A DNA stretch of 63,798 nt, the filler included, from Salisapilia sapeloensis CBS 127946 (taxonomy: Eukaryota; Protista; Oomycota), in NCBI GenBank assembly GCA_023334545.1. It is 5 parts of 5 records of this genome, joined end to end, with 100 filler letters (N's around TTAATTAATTAA, not from the genome) between each part and the next. Parts side by side here need not be neighbours in the genome. Positions count along the whole stretch, not along the records: positions 1 to 20,436 come from JAADVB010000300.1; 4 more parts are not named here. One strand, given 5' to 3'. This document shows positions 1-8,200 of the stretch, piece by piece; position 1 is the stretch's first letter; each line of letters opens with the position of its first letter. A program made the translations under genes and the position numbers. The notes beneath the pieces are model-generated. The model had not been told where the DNA came from. It did not search any database and worked only from the letters and a program-made list of their open reading frames with translations.

Positions 1-65
1 AGCTCAGATGGTAGAGCGTTCGCTTAGCATGCGAAAGGTACTGGGATCGATACCCAGCTTCTCCA
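1..65 (+). tRNA. tRNA-Ala(AGC), 5' end truncated by the window/contig start
   Basis: D-arm AGCTCAGATGGTAGAGC; anticodon stem TTCGC/GCGAA with loop TT-AGC-AT; T-arm CTGGG-ATCGATA-CCCAG (A54-type loop typical of eukaryotic tRNA-Ala); acceptor 3' strand CTTCTCC (U70 Ala determinant) plus discriminator A65. About 8 nt of the 5' end are missing. Confidence 0.92.
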
Positions 66-66
66 G

Positions 67-138
67 GCGTGTGTAGTATAGTGGTTAGTACCCTTCGTTG
101 TGGTCGAAGTATCCTCGGTTCGAATCCGGGCACGCGCA
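67..138 (+). tRNA. tRNA-His(GTG), preceded by a genomic G at 66 (G-1 position)
   Basis: Acceptor GCGTGTG/CACGCGC plus discriminator A138; D-arm GTAT-AGTGGTTA-GTAC; anticodon stem CTTCG/CGAAG with loop TT-GTG-GT; T-arm CTCGG-TTCGAAT-CCGGG. Confidence 0.95.
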
Positions 139-147
139 TTCTTTTTT
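139..147 (+). terminator. RNA polymerase III oligo-T terminator after tRNA-His
   Basis: TTCTTTTTT directly after the His discriminator. No T-run lies between the Ala and His genes. Confidence 0.75.
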
Positions 148-2569
148 GTAGGGTGAAACAATTTCTTTGCCAAGAATAGCTGAAGAACATGCTCTTTGCG
201 AGATGAATGAAGCTGTCAAGCGAATTTTTAGTCTTGATGTGTAGGATAAGAAAATTTGAATACAGATTGGAGGCGTGTGGACGGCTTCAGCTATCCACAA
301 CTCCACAACCTCGCTTCCTCGCATACTCGTAATGCTTCCTTATAGCTTTAGAAGGCCTAGTTTCATCACGTCTAACCAGGTATCCGCTGTCACTGAAGTG
401 GCCATTAAATGACCTCATGGTATATGACAGCGCGAAAGTAGAAATGCTAAGCGAGGTTTTCATTCAAAGAGGACATCAATGTTGAATAATAATCCTATTT
501 TGCTCTTTCATCATCGACAAATGCAATAAGGCCAATGTTGAGAAGCAAACAGCATGAGAATACCCTCGTTGTCTACACGAACTCAGCGGATCAATTGTTA
601 AATATTGCTGTCATAGAATTGTAAACCGCATGGAGGACGACGAAAGGCTTACTGCCAAAGAATAAAAACCAAATTTCCGTACACTTACAATGCTCCTACT
701 ATCGTCGCTTTGATGATCTACCCTTTGCTTCCATACACCTTTCTCCAATATAATCTGAGCTGACTGAAAACAATTTATTTAAATCTGGTCGGTACGTGAC
801 GAATCCATTATCAATGGATCGACTTCCCGATTGTCGTTTGATAGAGGTAGAATTTCAGTTAGAGCGAGGGGCATCGACATCCTCCTAGCGCTTCAAGTTC
901 AATCTTCGGGAAGATGTACAGAAAGGTGAAAGTGAATAGCCATGCAGCATCGTTTTTATGGGTTGATACCGTCGCCCACTCGACACTTGACACGTACCGA
1001 ATGATATATTAATCTCCCGACGATAGAGATGAGCCAATGTGTATGTAGCATATGTTCAAGGGATTGTATGCGAGACTTTCGCTAGCGAGTGACACAGCAC
1101 GCGCATCGAGCACACGAATCGTCCATGCTTGAGTTCAAGTATGCTCCATACGTGTCACTTTACCCAATTATTCACTACAAGAGAGAATTACTTTCAAGGG
1201 TATGGATGCCGCGATGTACACGAATTTTATTGAGCATTATCAGGCACGTTCATGACGTGGAGTAAACACAGGTTAGTAGCCATGGCCGAGGTGCGGACTG
1301 TACATCTTTTGATTGCAGTCAGAGGAATACCTGTAGTTTCTACCGAAAGATGGGTGCGATGGCCAGGATACTCGTGCAAACGTCAAAGATACCTATAACC
1401 AGATCGTACTTGCGTAAAGGGCAGATGGAAGGCACGACGACGATACTTCAAACGACGCAAGGAGAGGACGCAAAAGGGACAATTGCATGCATACTTCCGA
1501 CGACCGCGTTTCTTTGCAGCATTGAATTGATCTCGCGTGCCACCTCATGTCGTTCGAACGCCAGTATGAAAGACCCTACTGGCATCAGGGGATTGCCTCA
1601 AGACGTAAAGAGCAGTCCAACATCAACTGGATTTGCCCTGCAGACTTGGTGGTTACAAATTGTCCACGCCCCTTCTCTCACTTAGTACTGACCACCTCCA
1701 CATGCCCGCTAGTTGAACAATCATGGCAAGTATCTCTGCCGACAAATTTTCACGATAAATTTAGCCAAGACCACCGATAGGTAGTATCTCATTCCAAAAA
1801 CGAACGGACTGCCATAGGTGCTTCAAGATTGTCTCCTGAGAAGCTATCGATGGAGGTGGTTGTACCCATTTCCGTGCTATTTCTGGACGAAGTGTCTGCG
1901 ATATCTGGAGTAGCCAATCAAGATGCGCTGACCCCCGACTTTGTGACTAGGGTTCACACCAGGACGAAGACCGTGCGCACTCGATGCTCACGACGAAGGG
2001 CAAGGAAAGCGAGGGAGAAAAGTGCATGCAGTTTCGCAGGAGCGATCCTGCACAAGCAAAGAACGCTTCGTAGGAATCTCTACCGTCCACTAAATACAAA
2101 ACGCTTCGCATCCATGTCACTAGTAGAGAACCCTTTCCAATATTTTATTCACGCTATATAGAAATTTTCGTCAAGTCGGTGTCTGGTCACGAGGTGTATC
2201 CTCCTCCAGCTCTCCCATCCTTCCCAGGATCGCCATTCTTGCGTCATGGCAAGGCACAAGCTACGCTCGCCAGTCAAACGCGAAATCCCGGTCTACGTCA
2301 ACAAGGGTGTTGGTCGATATCCAGTTTCTCCATAGATCTTCGACAAAGTATAGCTGCTCCTTTTCTACTTTTCATAGTCTCTCTTTTCTTAGCGAAATCC
2401 ATCGTTACATACATGCGACGAGGCAAGTCTAGAATACCGTCAGCTGGAGAGACAGGGGCACCTGTAAAGGCTTCAAAGCCATGGGCCGAAGCCATCTCAT
2501 TATTGTTTTTGCTTCGCAAGACCCAAAGCGACAGGAAAAAAGCGCAACACAGAGAAAAACTGCTTGAAT

Positions 2570-3082
2570 ATGCAGAGCCCCATGACCGATACGAGCAACA
2601 ACCCGAGCTCGCCTGTACCGGAGGAACTTCGATGCTGCTACTCCTCCAAGCGTTGCGATAACCCGCGCACCAACAAAAAGAGCGGTGGCTTGCACAAGTT
2701 CTGCGCCTACCACCGTGACAAGGCCAATCGTAACCAGATGCGTCTGGATCACCGACGTCGGTTGCAGAAGAAGCAGGCACAGGCGTTAGAGCAGCGCGCC
2801 AAGCAAGCTGCATTTGCTCAGTACAACGCGCCACTTGCGCCTATCAGCACCCCCGACTTTAAAATCTACGACGCACCAGAGGCATCATCACCCACATACT
2901 GTGAGTTCCCAGTGGACGAACCGATGCAGTTTGACGAACAGGAGCTCCAGATCCTGGACGAATTACTGTTCCATGGCGAAGAAGATGTCAAGATGGAGGA
3001 ACCACAGGCTGAGTGTGATTGCCACGAATGCGCAAGCTACGTTGGTCGACGGCGAACCCCAGCGGCCATTCGCAACTATTAA
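2570..3082 (+). CDS. Oomycete-type hypothetical protein with a Cys/His motif (putative Zn-binding/DNA-binding) followed by a coiled coil
   Basis: ATG at 2570, intronless ORF. Motif RCCYSSKRCDNPR..KSGGLHKFCAYHRDKANRNQMRLDHRRR followed by a basic/Q helix and an acidic tail. Confidence 0.7.
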   Translation: MQSPMTDTSNNPSSPVPEELRCCYSSKRCDNPRTNKKSGGLHKFCAYHRDKANRNQMRLDHRRRLQKKQAQALEQRAKQAAFAQYNAPLAPISTPDFKIYDAPEASSPTYCEFPVDEPMQFDEQELQILDELLFHGEEDVKMEEPQAECDCHECASYVGRRRTPAAIRNY

Positions 3083-3319
3083 TTTTGGCTGAAGAAACGG
3101 ATAAAAATAGGCTTCTTTATTCTCGAGAAAAATAGCAGTAGACTCGGAGAAGCATGTAGCAGGTAGAGATAGAACGTAGCGGGAGGTAAATTAACAAGCA
3201 GCAGGATGCATCTATTAAATTCTTTTTATTTGCCCTGGTTATGTAGACTTGTACACGAATCTGCAAGGCCAAGATCTTCGCGGCATCGCACTGTCTTTTG
3301 GAGTCGACCGAGGGAGAGC

Positions 3320-4823
3320 ATGCGCGTAGAGACACTCTTCTTCCCTGTTCTCGCTCGTGCTGTTACGGCGGACTCGTCTTTGACGAGGCCCGTAACGCTC
3401 GGGCTGTCCCCAGATCTGCAGGTGCAAGTGCAGCAAGCCTCTACCGTACGTGCGGCATCTTATTCCTTTCGTACATGTCGATACCGATCTTTTTGTATTG
3501 CCTAGTTTACGTGTGATGGGAATACTCGACAATTGCCTGTTCAAGCATTGAATGACAACTATTGCGACTGTGTGGACGGCACGGATGAGCCCGGGACGTC
3601 TGCTTGTTCCCATACGTCAGCTCTCTTCTACTGCCAGAATGAAGGTTACTTTCCCCACTCCATCCCTACATCCTACGTCCAGGATCAGATCTGTGGTAGG
3701 TGTGCCTCGTATCTTTCCTTTTGTGTCTGTTACACTCACGATCTTCTCTCGCATAGACTGTTGTGATGGGTCGGATGAAGCCGAGAGTCGGATCTCCTGT
3801 GTCAACACTTGCGAAGATCGGATGACAGCGTATCTGGAAGAGAAAGCAGAGATGCGTGAAAGGTATCAAGCAGGTAGTCGCGATCGGCAAGCCTTGGTCG
3901 AAGCCGCACAGACTCGATTGGATGAAATCCAGACGAAAGTGTCAGAATTGCAAGCACTGCTTCCTCCGTTGGAAGAAGAGAAGGATCGACTGCAACGAGA
4001 GAAGGAAATGGAAGAAGATAAAGAAACGCAGGAACGTATGCAAGTCACTGTCGATAGTAAAAAGGCAATTATGGAGGAGCTGGGTGTACTTGATCTAAGT
4101 ATTGACCAGCTCGGATGGATCCTTCTGGACGTGCTACAAAAAGCGGATTCGCTCACACCTGATAAAGTTGTCGAGTACATTAACCGCGAACGGAAACCTT
4201 TGGAGGTCGACAGCGAATTGGTTAAGAAAGAGAAAGCGTTCAAGGAAGCAGAGGAAACGGAAACGGAAACGGATGCGACGCGTCCATTGGATGAATTACT
4301 GACGAAACTCAAAGGATTAGACACGTACTCGCGCCCGGAAGTCAAGGAAGCAAAGGACAAGTATGATCAAGTGCATCGGGATTGGCGGGAAAAGACAAAG
4401 GAATTGGAAACGTATCAGAAGAAGTTGGAGCGCGACTATGGTCCGGAGCATCAGTTCCTGGCGCTTGATGACGCATGCTTTGAAAATAACGACGGTGCGT
4501 ACAAGTACAAGGTGTGTATGTTCGGCGATGCGAAACAGGATTCGACCTTGCTCGGTCGTATGCAGCATGTGGAAGATGGAAAGGTTTTGGTATTTGAAGA
4601 TGGCGCCAAGTGTTGGCATGGACCGAAGCGACAGATGAAAGTGACATTGGCTTGTGGACCATTGCCGTCGAAGCTGTCGACAGTCGAGGAACCAGAAACG
4701 TGTGTGTATCAAGGAACGTTGTATACGCCATTGGCGTGTGATGACGTGTATAAGAAAGAGTTGGAAAAGGGAGAAGAGATCGAAGTGCATCCGATTGAAT
4801 TTCAGATTGAACCGCTTGGATGA
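3320..4823 (+). CDS. PRKCSH: Glucosidase II beta subunit (PRKCSH/GTB1-like), 3 exons
   Basis: Signal-like N-terminus. Introns at 3446-3505 and 3696-3756 (GT..AG) join NDNYCDC.DG.DEPGTSAC and ICDCCDGSDE (LDLa-like G2B motif). Then a coiled coil and a C-terminal MRH domain (YKYKVC.F..A.Q, G.KCW.GP.R...V.L.CG, EPETC.Y). Confidence 0.92.
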
Positions 4824-4850
4824 ATATAAAACCGAGTCTTGGCTTTAGTA

Positions 4851-5988
4851 CTAAATGTAGTCTTTTGTATTTGCAAATTCGATATAGAGGTCCGGTAGAT
4901 CGACCTTATCGTCGTCTGATATGGTAGATTCACGCCTACTTTCATCGAATTTGATCGTGTAAGTAGATGGTGGACGTGGTAACTTGGTCATGGTATCCCA
5001 AGGCGGAAGAGGTTGATCTTGTATACGAGCTTGAAGGCATTGGATGACATGATCGATCCTACTACGCTTCTCCATATCCGTCGTCAACATCCGACGGATG
5101 ATTTCATGGAGCTCACTCGAGTATGGAGAATTTGACGGGATTGAATATTTATCCGTTCGAAGACCAGTAGAGCTAAAGGGTGGTTTAAAGTAGGCCATTG
5201 TGTATAGCAAGCAACCCATCGCCCAAACATCGACTGCCTCTGTCAAGCATCCTGTACTAAACATGGCTGTGCCTTCAATGTCAGCAAGCTCAGGCGCTCG
5301 GTACATGGCTGTAGTTCGTTTCGCACTGTCTTCACTTTGCTCTACACGATCATCTTTCGTCAACAGGAAGATGGGACCTTCAACGGCTGAACCAAAGTCG
5401 CATAACTTGTATCGACCTTCAAAATCGCGGACAAAGTGCTCGGGCTTCAAATCTCGATGTGCTATAGGCGGCTGGTGTCTGTGAAGTGCATGCACTGGTC
5501 TACTCCATGAAGTTGAATATAAGAACAGCTTACTCAAGTATGAAGTGATTGGTAACCTACATGCATAGTGTCAGGAAGAGAGATAGCAATTCGTTTTCAG
5601 GCAAGTAGAGCCCATTTCGGCTTGCTAAGTAGTCGTGCAAACTGCCTCCTGGACAGTGCTCCATCAGCATGCACACTTCTAAATGATTTCTGTGGCCAAG
5701 AGGATTCGTCGCCGAGTCGAGGAAGGATACGATTTGAGGATATTTATGCTCGTTGTTTCGTTGATGCTGAAGCGACTTGTGCAAGCGAACTTCCTCCTTT
5801 GCCCATTCTAAAGCTTTCGGAGAAGTTGGAATAGTGACTTTCAATATCATAAGCCGTCCTCGTGGATTGGCCTGAGCTAAGAAGAGGAAAGAGCTACCGC
5901 CCATAGATAGAAACTTGGTCACTTTTACTGCATACAACCCAATGCGAACTTGCTTGCCGAGGTACTTCTTGACAATACTGTGCGTCAT
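4851..5988 (-). CDS. Ser/Thr protein kinase, NAK (numb-associated kinase)-like, 2 exons
   Basis: ATG at 5988, intron 5500-5560. Motifs LSMGGSS, ILKV, EV.LHK.L, MEHC.GGSL, PPIAHRDLKPEH, KLCDFGS, TTAMYRAPE, DVWAMGCLLY..AYFKPPF. Confidence 0.85.
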
Positions 5989-6180
5989 TCCAATGAATGA
6001 GTGTGTTATTGACGAATAATGGTCGAATATTAACAACAGGCAACGAGTTGGGCATAAGACGCGAGTACTGTTCAAGTCATAAGTCGCTTGTCTATTCTGG
6101 TGTTTGAGCTTGCATTTTAATTAAGCGTTTCATGCAGCCACCGATCCGTTGAGCTTTCGCATGCTAATAAGGTCGTTGAC

Positions 6181-7254
6181 ATGGTGATTCATGATCAAGT
6201 GGATTGGCGAACATTTTCTGATGCTTTCATGCTCGATGCGAGTCTTGTTGAGAGTGTTTTCCGCCGCGTCGCGAAGAAGGGTCTGGACAACCAAGGTCAT
6301 GACCACACAATTAATTGGAGAGACTATAACGAGCTAAAGAATCATCAGTTCACGAAAGCTGAAATCCTGCACGAACTAGAGACATCAGGTTTCTACCTTC
6401 AGAAACGACCATTCCTACGTCGACTCCATACGCAACTGTCATGCGTGTTTGAGGAAAAAGAATTGGAGAGTGTACTTAGCTATGTACGCCATCGTGTTCG
6501 AATACCCAAGCTCTCTTTATCTTCAACTTTAGCTATTCTCAAGAGTTTATACGCAAGCGCGGAAGACTTGGCGGATTTTGAGTGTCAAGTGCAAGCAGCC
6601 AAGAAGAAAGCGGAAGCGGTATCAATTTGGTGTGTGCGAGATAAGAGAAATATTTGTAAAAGCCCAGCTCAACTCTACGGCGTTCATATCATTCCACATA
6701 GGGAAAACCTGCAAGTAGAAATAAAAGATGAAAAAGAGATAGTGCAAAAGATGGCATTTACTACCGTCAATAGTGCCGTTAATGTCGTCATAGAGCGATT
6801 GTCGGTGCCTTATCGTCGAAGTAGTAGCAAAATATCCATAAAGGCTCCTCATCGCAACCGTATCCAATCGATCAAGCGACAAAAGACAGAATTAGCATTG
6901 ATTAAGCGAGAACAAAGTCGTTTGGAAGACAAGCGAAAGCAGCTTTTAATTTCCTTATTCACGCCTACAGCAACCTCTACAAGCTGTGTTGTCATGAAGA
7001 CAGATGATATGGAAATGATGAACAAGAAGTTTACAAAGGAAGAAATAGTCATCGCTCAGGCGGAAGCAAATGGAAACCTCAGAATGGCAAAATATTTATT
7101 AGAAAACAAAGATATCCGCGCAGGAATCCGCCGGACAATCAGCCATGTAAAGAATCTTCATGGTAATAGCGAAGACGTTAGTCAGTTGATCATTGTTTGG
7201 AGGCAGACTTATCGGTCTCAAATCGTACGACTGATAAAAGAAATAAAACATTAA
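6181..7254 (+). CDS. Hypothetical protein (357 aa, helical/coiled-coil)
   Basis: Long ATG-initiated ORF filling the space between a divergent and a convergent neighbour. No recognised motif. Confidence 0.6.
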   Translation: MVIHDQVDWRTFSDAFMLDASLVESVFRRVAKKGLDNQGHDHTINWRDYNELKNHQFTKAEILHELETSGFYLQKRPFLRRLHTQLSCVFEEKELESVLSYVRHRVRIPKLSLSSTLAILKSLYASAEDLADFECQVQAAKKKAEAVSIWCVRDKRNICKSPAQLYGVHIIPHRENLQVEIKDEKEIVQKMAFTTVNSAVNVVIERLSVPYRRSSSKISIKAPHRNRIQSIKRQKTELALIKREQSRLEDKRKQLLISLFTPTATSTSCVVMKTDDMEMMNKKFTKEEIVIAQAEANGNLRMAKYLLENKDIRAGIRRTISHVKNLHGNSEDVSQLIIVWRQTYRSQIVRLIKEIKH

Positions 7255-7257
7255 CGT

Positions 7258-7998
7258 TTATTCCTGAGTTGTTTGATGGAAAGTATCGGAGTTCACAAAT
7301 GAAGTCTTCTTTTTCAGTGGCGGATATTCTTGTGCCTCGTCTGCTTCCAAGGATGATACGGATGATCCCTTCTTATTCTCACCATCGTTCTCGTCATTTG
7401 ATTCTTCTTTCTCTTCACTGTCTTGACGTAAGGAAAAGGTTCGACTAGGACCCTCTGCTTCGCTTTCGGAGAACTGAGATGTAAGCCGCTCCAGGTAGCT
7501 TTTCGCAGACGTGTATGAGTCTACTAGGGACAAACTACTGCTTTGAGAATAGTTGCTATCACGCTTGCTATATTTCGTTTCATCCATGGATGAACTCCGT
7601 CTTTGAGAGTAGCTCGCTTCTCGTGGCAAATTTTGAATACTTGCACGCCGTGCTGGCATTCCGTCTGTTGACTGTTCCATCCATCCATTATGACTTTCAC
7701 GATCTTCAAGCAATTTATTGTCTTGAAAGCTCAGGTCATCCATTTCACTGGTCTCCTTCAGCGAGTATGGAGATGGTTCGTCGTGAAAGTAATCATCCAT
7801 ATCCAAGGACGACATTTTCCTCGGGGGCTCAGGTGATGCCTTGCTTGACGGCAGTGAGCTCCATGATGAAGCAATTCCTCGACTGACAGGGTCTGGTATA
7901 TCTTCGTCCACCTCGTTGGATAAGAGTCCTTCCTGTAGTGACGGGTTATTGACATCCGATTTCTCTTTGTTGAAACAACAAGAGCAGACGGAGCCCAT
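7258..7998 (-). CDS. Hypothetical Ser/acidic-rich protein with an N-terminal dual-acylation motif
   Basis: Begins MGSVCSCCFNKEK (G2, S6, Cys cluster). The remainder is low-complexity Ser/Asp/Glu-rich. Confidence 0.65.
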   Translation of the reverse strand: MGSVCSCCFNKEKSDVNNPSLQEGLLSNEVDEDIPDPVSRGIASSWSSLPSSKASPEPPRKMSSLDMDDYFHDEPSPYSLKETSEMDDLSFQDNKLLEDRESHNGWMEQSTDGMPARRASIQNLPREASYSQRRSSSMDETKYSKRDSNYSQSSSLSLVDSYTSAKSYLERLTSQFSESEAEGPSRTFSLRQDSEEKEESNDENDGENKKGSSVSSLEADEAQEYPPLKKKTSFVNSDTFHQTTQE

Positions 7999-8200
7999 GG
8001 TAACTTTGATCAGATAGTTCAAAAACGTTTAATTCGCAGTGAAGTGACCGACGCACACTTGTATCAAACTGACAAGAAATGCGTCGGATCATGGCGGCGC
8101 TTCGCGAAGACAAAACTTGATGTTTCAGCTTGGAAACTGTTTTTTATTCATATGCATTTGATAACTGCTTGCATCATTATACCTGCTGATCAATCTATAG

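Noticed and set aside
1088-1159. AGTGACAC/GTGTCACT inverted repeat (possible MITE or hairpin RNA)
   Set aside because: Only 8 bp, with no target-site duplication and no second copy in the window.
1829-2161. ORF containing VLFLDEV (Walker-B-like)
   Set aside because: Non-ATG start, no Walker A or other ATPase motif; likely chance.
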